A DNA stretch of 64,000 bases from Calditrichia bacterium (GCA_050633245.1 JBOEGD010000012.1:96001-160000), one strand, 5' to 3'. Counted from the first letter of the stretch, positions 49,817 to 60,600 are shown. A program made the numbers and translations. The notes: generated from the sequence alone by a model not told the origin.

Positions 49817-50980
49817 TTATTGTATTTCGGAAGATTTTGTAGCGGGAATGCTAATAATAAAGCGCGTGCCCCCTCGAAAGGCGGGGTCAACCCGAATATC
49901 ACCATTATGCGCTTGAAGCGCCAGCTTGCAGAAGATAAGGCTCAGGCCACGAGTCAGTTTGAATCCTGCGTCGCGTAATTCTGGCTGGGCAAGTTTAGAG
50001 AAGAGCTTTTCGTGAATATCCTTTGGAATAGGCCTCCCCTGGTGAGAGACAGATAGCTCGATAACTCCTTCATCATTTATCGAAGAACGCACGGTAATTT
50101 CGGTATAGTCAGGAGCATTTTTGAACAGAAAGACAAACAGATTATCCAACACGCGCTCAAACAACGCCTTGTCTACCTGTGGATGTGGCAGAATTCGCGC
50201 CAGGTGAAGCACACATTTTTTGTTCACATGCTGCGGGTTATCTTTAAGATATGAAATGGTTTCACGGAGAAGCTGATGCAGATCTATAGTGCTATACTGT
50301 AACTCAAGGGTTTCCTGCTCCAACCGGCTAATATCGAGCAGGTTCAAGATCATTCGATGCAGTCCTTTACTACTGCGTTCGATCCGCTGGGCATATTTTT
50401 CCTCATCAAAGTTGTTTTCATTTTCACGAACCATGGTCATCATTTGCAGATTGCCCTGGATAACAAATAGCGGATTTTTCATATCGTGAACGATTAGATT
50501 TGTCAGCTCTTTTTTGAGCAGGTTTTCTCGTTCCAGAATCTTTTGCTGCTGAACAAGCTGCCGATTGCGCTTTAAAAGTGTATCGTGATAGTCCTTAAGT
50601 CGAAGTAAAGACTTAACGCGAGCCAGAAGTTCAATGCTATCGAAAGGCTTGGTGACAAAGTCATCAGCACCTACTTCAAGTGCCTTCAGCTTATCCTTCA
50701 GTTCTTTTAAAGCCGTAATCATTATGATAGGGATGTGCATGGTGTCGCTATTGCGTTTTAAGCGACGACACACCTGATAGCCGTTTAATTTGGGAAGCAT
50801 TGCATCCAGAAGTACAATATCCGGATTCTCGCTCTTTACTTCCGTTAATGCTTCAAGACCATCCTTAGCAGTGAAGAGTTCGTACCCAGCGGGCTTTAGA
50901 AAGTATACAAGAAGATCAATACTTTCCTGATTGTCTTCGACAATCAAAATTTTTGCTGGTCTCCCCTTTCCCTTAACCAT
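49817..50980 (-). CDS. Hybrid receiver-histidine kinase protein with degenerate ATPase domain
   Basis: Intact REC (VEDN, LLDAM, TKPF); H-box VHDMKNPL; N, G1 and G2 boxes altered. Confidence 0.88.
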   Translation of the reverse strand: MVKGKGRPAKILIVEDNQESIDLLVYFLKPAGYELFTAKDGLEALTEVKSENPDIVLLDAMLPKLNGYQVCRRLKRNSDTMHIPIIMITALKELKDKLKALEVGADDFVTKPFDSIELLARVKSLLRLKDYHDTLLKRNRQLVQQQKILERENLLKKELTNLIVHDMKNPLFVIQGNLQMMTMVRENENNFDEEKYAQRIERSSKGLHRMILNLLDISRLEQETLELQYSTIDLHQLLRETISYLKDNPQHVNKKCVLHLARILPHPQVDKALFERVLDNLFVFLFKNAPDYTEITVRSSINDEGVIELSVSHQGRPIPKDIHEKLFSKLAQPELRDAGFKLTRGLSLIFCKLALQAHNGDIRVDPAFRGGTRFIISIPATKSSEIQ

Positions 50981-51054
50981 GAAGCTTTCCTCTATAATTG
51001 GACTCCAGAACTCCTCTAACTAATGTCTACCATATTCCACAGGAAGCTTAGTCA

Positions 51055-51081
51055 TGTTCGGCGATTCTATAGGAAACCTTA
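51055..51081 (-). promoter_or_regulatory. Sigma28 (FliA) promoter candidate
   Basis: TAAGGTTT-N11-GCCGAACA versus extended consensus TAAAGTTT-N11-GCCGATAA; about 75 nt upstream of the REC-HK gene. Confidence 0.6.
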
Positions 51082-51115
51082 GAAAAAGGATCGATTTGCC
51101 GCAACTTTCAGGCGT

Positions 51116-52585
51116 TTAATTTTCGACGCCTTGTTTGCCATAAAGAAGTATTCGCTGCTGCTCCAGCCAAAGCAACAATAAAATGTCCTCCTGACCCAAG
51201 CCGGTTCTCCGGGCAATCTGTGCCAGCGTCAATCCCGCTTTTCGGTGATGGAGAACAGTGCTGAGCAACTTCTGGGTATTTGACAGCGTCGCCAAAGAAT
51301 CCTTTAACGGCGCTGCAGAGTCTAAAAGTTTATCTTCTTTCAGTAGCATTCGAATTAGCTTGTCGACATCGGCTTCAGTTCTTGAGCCTTCATTTTGAAG
51401 AGAATGGCTATCACTTTTTTCGGCAGAAAAATCATCTTCCTCAGTTAGATCATAGTGCCTCGGTTCCTGCAAATAGACGGAAGAGCCCACCGGTTCATAA
51501 AAGGTATTTTGATTATCAGAGTCCGAATCATCGACATGTTCTGATGGATTGAAATATCCCTGGGAATCGCTAACTTGCTCTTCTTCTACCGAAGTATAAG
51601 AGGCATCATAAAAATCCTGGTCTGTCGGCACAAATCCCCTGCGATAGGCCTGCTTAAAGTTCTGATCCCGCTTCCACAGCCAAAGCTGCCAGCCAATTCG
51701 CAACAAACAGAGAAGCAGTACGAATGCAATAAAACATATCACAACAGACTGACCGTTTCCCCAACCTGCTGCCTGCTGTTTTGCCCATGCCGGCATTGCC
51801 AGCTGAATAGAGGCAATTCCCTTGCGGTTGAAGCCGCTGATTTCTTCAGGCAGAGCGTCCTGCTTTGCCAGTTTATGATACTTTTGATAGAGTCGGCGCG
51901 CACGTCCCTCATTACCACGACTTCGAAACAAATCCGCCATGGCCTTGTGAACGCCGATCGAATCGCAGCCCAATTGAATTGCTTTGCGCAAATTTATCTC
52001 AGCCTTAGCAAAATCGCTCCACTGCATGCGAATTTGGCCGGCTTTGAAATAGGCTGTGGCAAAAAGGCTGTCTTGCTCGAGAACATGTCGATAGCGCTCC
52101 ATCGCATGAGCCAGCTCGCCCCTGCGCTGTAAGTTGACGCCCATTAGAAATGCCTGTGTTAGTGGATCACGATATAATGAGTCCATCAACACGATCTCGC
52201 TGCGGTGTCCCATAACATTCACCTCAAATGTTACCGGGCCATATAAATACAGAGTCAGGTGTACCTTGCTTCCAAAGCGAACCAAATGCAAATCGTGCAC
52301 TGCGGAAAGGGCTGGCACCTCCCACTCCTTTTCGAGTGCGGATGCTTCACCAAACGGTTCTTCTATTTGACAGAAGATACGAGTTACCGGCGCGTCTGTC
52401 TGAGCCTGCATTATTTCCAGTGGGTTATTGGTAACAAAAATCAATCTCGTATGGCGTTCGGTTTGCGACCAGCGATAGTCCACGCCCATTAAGTCGCTTA
52501 CAAATCCGAACATCATAACCATAAGAACGACCCAATAGCCAGCCGACCTGCAAGCGTAGAATCTATCCCTCGCTAACGATTTCAT
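51116..52585 (-). CDS. Membrane protein: N-terminal exported domain + TPR + TM helix + acidic linker + C-terminal HTH
   Basis: Hydrophobic N-terminus; TPR (AMERYRHVLEQD..FATAYFKAG); TM VVICFIAFVLLLCLL; GLTLAQIARRTGLGQEDILLLL. Confidence 0.7.
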   Translation of the reverse strand: MKSLARDRFYACRSAGYWVVLMVMMFGFVSDLMGVDYRWSQTERHTRLIFVTNNPLEIMQAQTDAPVTRIFCQIEEPFGEASALEKEWEVPALSAVHDLHLVRFGSKVHLTLYLYGPVTFEVNVMGHRSEIVLMDSLYRDPLTQAFLMGVNLQRRGELAHAMERYRHVLEQDSLFATAYFKAGQIRMQWSDFAKAEINLRKAIQLGCDSIGVHKAMADLFRSRGNEGRARRLYQKYHKLAKQDALPEEISGFNRKGIASIQLAMPAWAKQQAAGWGNGQSVVICFIAFVLLLCLLRIGWQLWLWKRDQNFKQAYRRGFVPTDQDFYDASYTSVEEEQVSDSQGYFNPSEHVDDSDSDNQNTFYEPVGSSVYLQEPRHYDLTEEDDFSAEKSDSHSLQNEGSRTEADVDKLIRMLLKEDKLLDSAAPLKDSLATLSNTQKLLSTVLHHRKAGLTLAQIARRTGLGQEDILLLLWLEQQRILLYGKQGVEN

Positions 52586-53996
52586 TCACCACATCCGTAT
52601 GATTTTTGGACTTTGCGAGCATTGCTCCATAAGCTGGAAACCGCATTGTTATTCTGCTACGACCATTTTCAAGACGGTCTGCGATAACTGCTCCATTGCC
52701 TTCCTTGACAAGCAGAGCACAAATAATAATTCCAAAGTTCTCTTCCGATTCCCCATATTTTCCGCTGGCACTCAGCGGTTCTTTCAGCTGTCTGCGCAGC
52801 GTTTCCGATAGTTCGATACCATCGTCTTCGAAAATGAGAAGGCAATCTCCATCTTGAACAGAAGTAGTGATCTTTAATTCACCTCCCCTGCTCAACCGCT
52901 TTTTGCAAAATATTAGAAAGGCAACGATTGTTTGGCGCAAGGTTGTTGCACTTATTTGGGCCGCCGGCATTCCAGTGCCTTTTATCAGCTCAACGTTAAT
53001 GCCGCGCCGAACTAATTGACTTTCCACTAAGCTAATTGCATAAACCAACACTTGGTTCAAGTCGGATAGTTTTTTTGTATCCGTTGCGCTTTCCAGAGCA
53101 ATGTTTTGTAAGCCTTGAACAATGGTAGCAATCCGTATCACCTGCATCTCAACATCTTCGAGCATAGATGGGTCGTTTTTCAGACGGGCAATTTGAATTT
53201 TACCAAGAATAATCTGTAGTGGATTATTTATTTCATGCGCGACGCCTCCGGCAACCTCGCCGGTGGCAGCCATACGGGCAGCTCTCACCAACATAGACTG
53301 CGAACGCGCCAGTTCGAAGTGAGTTGTTTCGAGGTCTTTATACACATACGTGTAGCGAAGTGCAACCGAGGTTTGCGCGGCTAACATTTCCAACTGGCCC
53401 TGAAATGCACCACCAACAGCTTTTTCAGATAATACTGAAAAGACAATCAGCATGCCCCAGAACTGATTCTCGGAATGTAGAGGGATCAATAAAACGGTAC
53501 CGGTATCCTCATCCGTTTCGAGAATTTCACGGTAGTTGGTGGCTTTTAACTGGATGGTTTCACGTTCCGACTCCAGTTTGTTCAGTAAATTGGTTTCACT
53601 GAGTTCTTCAAACAGAGCCGGATAGATCGGGTGATTAATCGACCCCAGACTATCCCATTTATCCTCAATCTTCAGGAAAGCGCCCGTGCTCTTTATACCA
53701 CGTAAATCGGTACAGATATCGAGCAGATTACGAATAATCGAATGGTAGTCGAGATGCTGATTAAGACGATCAGCGATTTGAGTAAGGGGATAGCTGTCAA
53801 AGAGATATTCATCTTCACGGGCAAAGCGACGGCGATATTGTGCTATCTCGCGTTTTTGCCTGCGCACCTCAGCAGCTAGTGATTGAACCTTGGCACCGTG
53901 TTCCTTGAGCAACTGCTGTAACTTATATCCGGTGTCATTTTGCTGTGCCGACTTTTCCGGCTCCGCCATTAGGCGGTTCTTGCTTTTGAAAAACAT
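52563..53996 (-). CDS. GAF + HisKA sensor kinase with degenerate ATPase domain
   Basis: GAF (VLLIPL...FWG.L, LEMLAAQTSVAL); RMAATGEVAGGVAHEINNPL; N-box and G2 lost. Confidence 0.85.
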   Translation of the reverse strand: MFFKSKNRLMAEPEKSAQQNDTGYKLQQLLKEHGAKVQSLAAEVRRQKREIAQYRRRFAREDEYLFDSYPLTQIADRLNQHLDYHSIIRNLLDICTDLRGIKSTGAFLKIEDKWDSLGSINHPIYPALFEELSETNLLNKLESERETIQLKATNYREILETDEDTGTVLLIPLHSENQFWGMLIVFSVLSEKAVGGAFQGQLEMLAAQTSVALRYTYVYKDLETTHFELARSQSMLVRAARMAATGEVAGGVAHEINNPLQIILGKIQIARLKNDPSMLEDVEMQVIRIATIVQGLQNIALESATDTKKLSDLNQVLVYAISLVESQLVRRGINVELIKGTGMPAAQISATTLRQTIVAFLIFCKKRLSRGGELKITTSVQDGDCLLIFEDDGIELSETLRRQLKEPLSASGKYGESEENFGIIICALLVKEGNGAVIADRLENGRSRITMRFPAYGAMLAKSKNHTDVVNEIVSEG

Positions 53997-54182
53997 CCTT
54001 ATTTTCCTTTCGCAAGCAGACTTGGTCCGTCAACTTATCCTTAAGTTCCTCCCGTCCCGAAGTCGTCCTGTTTATGTAAAATACTTTACTTAGATCACAG
54101 TAGCTTTTTTCTTTTTTATCTCCAATTCAACTAATGATTGCTCCGTGAGAGTGTCGGCTTTTTCGACACCTTTGTCGCGAAT

Positions 54183-54938
54183 TTAAACACTGAATTCTCT
54201 TTTGATCATGCGCTTCATACGGTCAATTGTCTCAGAATGTATCTGCGAAATGCGTGATTCGGAGACGCTCAGAACCTTACCAATCTCCTTAAAGGTAAGA
54301 TGCTCATAGTAATATAGTGTAATAGCCAGACGGGACTTTTCCGGAAGCTTTTTGATGACCTTAACCAACATGGCCTTCATTTCTTCGTCTTCGATATTCT
54401 CAAGCGGACTGGTAGACGATTCGTCTTCTACTGCCTCATAAAGATTGTGATCGTCATAGTTCGGATTCGGCTTATCCAAGGAAATCATAGAGGTTCGGTT
54501 CAACTGGGACTGCCACTGATGATATTCAGCCTCAGTAATACCGAGGTGGCCTGCAATCGCGCGATCGGTGATTTGACCAGTGCGAGCCTGCTCGAGCTCA
54601 CCCACTACTTTTTTGATTTTATTGGACTTAGAGCGAAGAGATCGCGGTATCCAGTCCTGCTTGCGCAGTTCATCAATGATGGCACCGCGGATACGCGGAA
54701 TTGCGTAGGTCTCGAACTTTATTCCAAAATAAGGATTGTAGCGTTCAAGGGCTTCACTCAATCCTATAACACCGATATTCACAAGGTCTTCCCGGTCTAC
54801 ATTACCCGGCATCGATTTAAACAGCTTGTTAACAACATAATGAACGAGCCCCAGATACTTGTTCATCAACTCATCTCTAAGACCGGCTGTTTTTTCTTCG
54901 TAGAATTCTTGCCAGGTTGGATCAACTTGAGCTTTCAT
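54183..54938 (-). CDS. fliA: RNA polymerase sigma-28 factor FliA/WhiG
   Basis: DL...G..GL.EA..RY, KFETYA..RIRGAIIDELR..DW.PRS, LYYYE.LT.KEIG.VL.VSESRISQIH. Confidence 0.95.
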   Translation of the reverse strand: MKAQVDPTWQEFYEEKTAGLRDELMNKYLGLVHYVVNKLFKSMPGNVDREDLVNIGVIGLSEALERYNPYFGIKFETYAIPRIRGAIIDELRKQDWIPRSLRSKSNKIKKVVGELEQARTGQITDRAIAGHLGITEAEYHQWQSQLNRTSMISLDKPNPNYDDHNLYEAVEDESSTSPLENIEDEEMKAMLVKVIKKLPEKSRLAITLYYYEHLTFKEIGKVLSVSESRISQIHSETIDRMKRMIKREFSV

Positions 54939-54984
54939 GTAGTCCCTCTTTCCTTGTGAGTGAAAATTCCTCTGCCAGGAAAGC

Positions 54985-55221
54985 TTAATCCCTTGGGGAA
55001 TTACTCTCCTGTTCTAATTGTGCTTTCAGTATGCTTACCGAACTTTGGTTCGCTACGAAATACATAAGCAAAATCAGTACCGAAAAAACCAGATAGATTG
55101 TAGCAGCACGAATAAAATTCTCTTCAAGCGGCATTTCCATCTGTGCACCCGATGCAAGGGAGATAAATAAAATCAGCATTAATAACTTCAACAATAGTCT
55201 TGTCATGGGAATAGTCCTCAT
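54985..55221 (-). CDS. Small two-TM hypothetical protein upstream of fliA
   Basis: Two hydrophobic helices; co-oriented, 46 nt from fliA. Confidence 0.65.
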   Translation of the reverse strand: MRTIPMTRLLLKLLMLILFISLASGAQMEMPLEENFIRAATIYLVFSVLILLMYFVANQSSVSILKAQLEQESNSPRD

Positions 55222-55554
55222 CCTTTTGAGTATGTAGCTTCCTCTTAATGATCAGAGTCCAGCATGTGTTGGTCGTATTCGTATTCGTTCCGTGGTCGTA
55301 GTATCCGTAGCGCTTCCAATAGTAAATTCCGTATTCAAACGACTCCTATCATCTATTCTTCCGACAGCCTCCAAACTGCGAGCGGTGGTATTTACCGCAT
55401 CCTCCATTATTTAAAAGCGGTAGTACAATAGTAAATCTTTAGCTATTTTTTTTTAGTGAACCTCGAAGATGATTCGCGTCACCCAACAGAATGCGATTCT
55501 CGTGCTTTGATTGATTCTCGACCGACCAGAACACAAATCACAACTCCATTTTTA

Positions 55555-56706
55555 TCAGACACTTGGAATACCGTAGAGAATCAACTTTGCAATCATCTTC
55601 ATATTGGCATTTTTCAGATCTGTAGGCACTGTTTGGCCAGTTGTGATATAAGAAACAGGTAGCTGAAAGCGGTAAATCAGATTCAGCATTACGCCGGGGG
55701 TAGTCGATTCGTCCAATTTTGTAAAGATAAAACGGTTTGGTTCAAGTTCAGCAAAACGCGAGGCCACATCAAAAAGCGTGCGTCTACTGTTGGTAAGACT
55801 AAGTACCAGATGTTTTTCGTGGGGATCTGCTGCTGTTAAAAATTGCTTGAGTTCATGTAGTTGACGTTGGTTTTTCTGACTTCTTCCAACCGTGTCAATC
55901 AGTATAAAATCGTAGTCTTTATAACGTGCAACTTCCTGCTCCATTTCAGTCGGACTGTAAACCACGCTAAGTGGAATTCCGGCAATATTGGCAAAGGTTT
56001 GAAGTTGTTCAATTGCTGCAATTCTAAATGTATCTGCCGTTATCAGAGCTACTTTACGGCCGTGGGTGAGCTTCAAATTTGCTGCTATTTTCGCCAGTGT
56101 GGTGGTTTTTCCGACACCTGTCGGGCCAATCAATGCTACGCGATGAGCAGGTGATGTTACCGATTCTATTCTCGGAGCCTGCTTAATTAGCTGAAGAACC
56201 AGTAAAGCAACCCGCTTTTCCATCAGACGACGATCCTGGCTTTCTGAAGGCTGCGTTTGACTATACACCGCATCGATGACTGCCTTGGCAAGCCCTTCAT
56301 GAACTTCGTTGTTGCATAGACGTTTCTGAACCTGGCGAAACATTTCAGGTAGATAATGATCCTGCTTCCCCTGCACCGAGGCCATCACTTCATGAAGCGT
56401 CTTTTTCAGTCCTTGAACTTCAGCCTCAAGCAGACGAATTCTCTCCGGTTTAGCCACCGCAACCTCAGCCGGCGCTTCAGGAGCAGCGACAGTCGCAGTT
56501 TCGAGGGCGGCAATAGAAGGATTACGAGTAACCGTTATTCGTTTTCCGATCGGCCTGCCATCGGAACCTCGTCGGAGATTGCGCTTGGGGGTTTCTACAT
56601 GTGCAATCCGCTCGAGCGCATCACGCAAACGATCTTTAATCTGAGCCATAAGCTTATTTCCCGATCGGCGGGCAGATAACCCACGATCACTTGTTTTGTC
56701 ATCCAT
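55555..56706 (-). CDS. flhF: SRP-family GTPase FlhF
   Basis: GPTGVGKTTT.AK.AA, DTFRIAA.EQL, DTVGRS, TKLDE, TGQ.VP.D; start uncertain (56706 or 56649); N-terminus divergent. Confidence 0.9.
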   Translation of the reverse strand: MDDKTSDRGLSARRSGNKLMAQIKDRLRDALERIAHVETPKRNLRRGSDGRPIGKRITVTRNPSIAALETATVAAPEAPAEVAVAKPERIRLLEAEVQGLKKTLHEVMASVQGKQDHYLPEMFRQVQKRLCNNEVHEGLAKAVIDAVYSQTQPSESQDRRLMEKRVALLVLQLIKQAPRIESVTSPAHRVALIGPTGVGKTTTLAKIAANLKLTHGRKVALITADTFRIAAIEQLQTFANIAGIPLSVVYSPTEMEQEVARYKDYDFILIDTVGRSQKNQRQLHELKQFLTAADPHEKHLVLSLTNSRRTLFDVASRFAELEPNRFIFTKLDESTTPGVMLNLIYRFQLPVSYITTGQTVPTDLKNANMKMIAKLILYGIPSV

Positions 56707-56821
56707 GAGGTTTGTATCCGATAAAACGTTAATGCGGCAAAACACAATAAGCGGACGATCCCGGTTCGCTATGGAAGTGCTGTTCCGTTGTGAGCAGACA
56801 CGCCAAAGCAATCTGGTGAGA

Positions 56822-56838
56822 TGCATACCCAGAGCCAA
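56822..56838 (-). promoter_or_regulatory. Weak sigma54 promoter candidate for flhF
   Basis: TTGGCTCTGGGTATGCA, GG-N10-GC. Confidence 0.3.
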
Positions 56839-56895
56839 CTCAAGCGCTCAATACACAAGTTATAGTGCGAATCGCGTAGCCGCGTGATTACAATC

Positions 56896-56919
56896 AAAAA
56901 AAGCCTTCAGAAGAGCTTT
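56896..56919 (-). terminator. Terminator after fliL
   Basis: Minus strand AAAGCTCTTCTGAAGGCTTTTTTT: imperfect stem plus U-tract. Confidence 0.5.
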
Positions 56920-56962
56920 AGCACCAGAGGAAATGGTTTGGAATGATTTTGCTCAGCAATCT

Positions 56963-57367
56963 CTAATCGACAATGAACGTTAAAAAGAATAGCTGAAGAA
57001 GATGTCGATCGGGAAGCCTTGTCATAAAAATGTCCTCAACCCTTTTGCGGAACAAAAGACGTCCGTCGGATTTTTGCAATGAGCCATACCCCTGCTTCTG
57101 TGCTGCTTTCATTATCGCATGTCGAATACCTGCCTCTTCCGCCCGTAAACTATCGCTATCGGATCGATCTTTTAATGAGAGTCCTATCGTTAGAGTTAAG
57201 TAGACCCTCGCCTCGCCATGCGATAGATTTGCCATAATGCTTTTGAATTCCAGATAGTGTCCCGGTTCAAGCTGATCTTCGACTTCCCCTTTTGAAGAGA
57301 AAGGCATTAATATCAAAGCGCCGTAGACAAGGAAAATGATTCTGCAAAAAACAATATTTCTTTTCAT
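56963..57367 (-). CDS. fliL: Flagellar basal-body-associated FliL-like protein
   Basis: N-terminal TM; IMANL....YL...I.L, IRHAI, L...DG...F, LFF..FIV; ATG 57367 after GGAGGA. Confidence 0.75.
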   Translation of the reverse strand: MKRNIVFCRIIFLVYGALILMPFSSKGEVEDQLEPGHYLEFKSIMANLSHGEARVYLTLTIGLSLKDRSDSDSLRAEEAGIRHAIMKAAQKQGYGSLQKSDGRLLFRKRVEDIFMTRLPDRHLLQLFFLTFIVD

Positions 57368-57451
57368 CCTTCCTCCATGAAAGATGCTGCTCAATAAATA
57401 GTGATGTATAAAGAGTACAGTAATATGGCCATCCCGACCAACCTGCATGAA

Positions 57452-57469
57452 TTGCAAGACAAGTGCCAA
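57452..57469 (-). promoter_or_regulatory. Sigma54 promoter upstream of fliL
   Basis: TTGGCAC-TTGTC-TTGCAA, exact TGGCAC-N5-TTGCW. Confidence 0.75.
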
Positions 57470-57692
57470 TCTCCGCTGAACCAAAAATCATCAGTCTATT
57501 GTTAAAATTTCACTAATTAGAGGGGATTCCTTCGAAAAGTGTTGAAATCCCAGACGCATTGAGTCGAAAATCCCAACACATATTTTCGAGCTGTTTCTTT
57601 AAGCGACGGTTGGATTCGAAGTAAAAGCGCATTACATTTGAAGCCTTTGTCAGTGCGCCCTAAATCCAAAATAATGACGCCTTTTAGATATT

Positions 57693-60600
57693 ATGTTAAA
57701 GCTGAAATCACTCCTCTACGAATTTCCCCAGTTTAAGAAATTCGAAAAAGCGCTTGAAGCAAACAACAACTTCGACGTGAAGGCGATCTACGGGTCCGCG
57801 CTGCCTTTTATAATCAACTACATTCGCGAGACAACTGAACGCGCGCAGTGCATTATTATGCCCGGTGGAGAAGCGGCAGAGAAACTCTGCGATGATCTGC
57901 GCTCATTTATGCCGGAAAATCAGTTCGCTTACTTCCCGTCGGACGAGATTCTACCGTTTGATAAGGGACTGTTTACACCGGCGCTCTACAGCCAACGCAT
58001 GCATGCTTTAGCGACTGCCGTCGAGAGTCCCTCCAACATTTTGATTACGACTCCACAGGCACTTCTGCGAAAGGTGCCGCAACCGGGTACATTTAAAGAC
58101 AATATTCTTCATCTGAAAAAAGGTGAGACCTTCGAACGCGAATTTCTACTTGAATGGCTGGTAGACAGCGAATACGAACGCGTAGATATAATTGAGGAGA
58201 TAGGCCAATTCAGCGCACGCGGTGGAATTGTAGATGTCTTTTCTTTCGAATCGGACGTGCCCTATCGTATTGAGTATTTTGATGACACGATTGAATCCAT
58301 TCGGGAATTTGATATTCTCTCTCAGCTATCCATTCAGCAGCTAGAGAAAACGCGCCTGCTCGGTAAATCTGGTGAGGCGGCCGAAACCGCCAGCATTTTT
58401 GAGTTCCTCCCAAAAAACAGCATCGTTTGGTGGGAAGATGAAACCCGCATCAAGCTGCAGTTCGAAAAGTGGTGGGAAGATGCAGAGGGTCGCTTCGACA
58501 GCCTGGAAGAAAAACCGGTACAGTCGCTCGATGAACGCTATGTAACAATCGCAGAAACCGAGAAGTTCTGTTCCGGGTTTCTACAGGTAAACCACGTGCA
58601 TCTGGAGAGCAAGGAATCTGCCATTGCATTTCATACCCAACCACCGGCGGCATTCCATGGTAATATGAAGCTTTTTGTAGAACACCTGCAGCGTCATTCC
58701 AAGAAGCGTACTATGTATGTGCTCCACGATGGCAAGAATTCTCGCAAGCGTCTGGAAGAAATTCTGGAAGCAGAGATGGGGAGTATGCCGCCGTTGAAAT
58801 TTATCGACGGCGAACTGCACAGCGGCTTCTTTATGCCGGACAGTAATATTGAAATCTTTACTGATCATGAGATTTTTAATCGGCTTCGTATGCGCAGGAG
58901 AAAGCGCAAAATACGGGTTTCCGGTAGCCTCATACGCAACCTGCAAACCCTGGAATACGGCGATTATGTTGTTCATATTGACTATGGCGTCGGTAAATAC
59001 AGCGGTACTGAACGAATTCGCATAGCCGGCATGGAAAAAGAATGTATCAAGCTACTCTATGAAAATGATGACATTCTCTATGTCCGCTTAGATAAGCTAA
59101 ATCGCATCCAGCGCTACGTCAGCGAGGAAGGCTTTGCCATAAAGCTAACCAAGCTCGGTAGCAGTGAATGGGATCGCGTGAAAAAGCGCACCCGCAAAGC
59201 CGTTGAGAATGTCGCCAGAGAGCTTGTTGAATTATATGCCAAGCGCATGACGCAAAAAGGCCACGCCTACCAACCCGATACGCTGTGGCAAAAAGAGTTA
59301 GAAGCCTCCTTTCCCTTTGAGGACACCGTAGATCAGGCACGCGCTACCAGCGACGTAAAAGGCGATATGGAGGGATCAAAGTCGATGGATCGGCTGGTTT
59401 GTGGTGATGTGGGCTATGGCAAGACCGAGGTTGCGGTTCGCGCTGCTTTTAAAGCGGTCATCGACGGTAAGCAGGTCGGCGTTCTCGTTCCAACTACCAT
59501 TCTGGCACAGCAGCACTATCGCACCTTCAGCGAACGCGTTGCGAATTTCCCGGTAAATGTTGAGGTGGTTTCGCGCTTTCGCACTCGAGCTGAAGTAAAA
59601 GAGACGTTAAAAAAACTGGCCGAAGGCGAAGTAGACATTATTATTGGCACGCATCGCCTGCTCTCAAAAGACGTTATATTTAAAGAGCTCGGTCTGTTGA
59701 TTGTTGATGAAGAACAGCGATTCGGCGTCACCCACAAGGAACGCCTGAAAGAACTAAAGGTCAATGTCGATACATTGACGCTTACCGCAACGCCGATTCC
59801 GCGCACGCTTCACATGGCTCTGATGGGCGCACGCGACCTCTCCATTGTAGATACGCCGCCGGGAAACCGCCTGCCGATTCTAACCGAAATCAGCACCTGG
59901 GACGATCAGCTTTTGTACAAGGCCATCACCTATGAAATGGATCGTGGTGGACAGATCTTCTTTGTGCACAATCGCGTGCAAACTATCGATGCAATGGCTG
60001 ATATGCTCCGCCGCCTTGTTCCAAAGGCACGATTTGGCGTGGCGCATGGTCAAATGCCCGAGCAAACGCTCGAAAAAATCATGTTCGATTTCAACAACAA
60101 GGAATTTGACGTCCTGGTTTCAACCATGATCATAGAAAATGGCGTTGATATTCCCAACTGCAATACCATCGTTGTCAATCGCGCAGACCGCTTTGGCCTT
60201 GCCCAACTATATCAGCTACGTGGACGCGTCGGACGCTCAGATCGCCAGGCCTATGCCTACATGATTATCCCTCCGCAGGGAAGACTCAGTGATCTGGCTC
60301 TAAAGCGCCTGTATGCAATTGAGGAATTTGCAGATCTGGGCTCCGGTCTTAAAATTGCCATGCGTGATTTGGAAATCCGCGGTGCCGGAAATCTGCTTGG
60401 GCACAAGCAAAGCGGCTTTATTAATGCGGTTGGTTACGATCTATATCAAAAGATTTTACAAGAGACTATTGAGAGCATGCAGCAGGAAACCCTGCCGGAA
60501 CAGCTGATTATCGACCGCATGCCTGTGGTTGATGCTTCCGTAGAGATCGACGCAGAACTTTATTTCCCCGATGACTATATTACAGCGCCTAATGAGAAAG

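Noticed and set aside
55222-55554. Expected flhG remnant or a 51-aa ORF between flhF and the small TM gene
   Set aside because: No MinD/FlhG motif (GKGGVGK) in the frames read; the short ORF is unsupported
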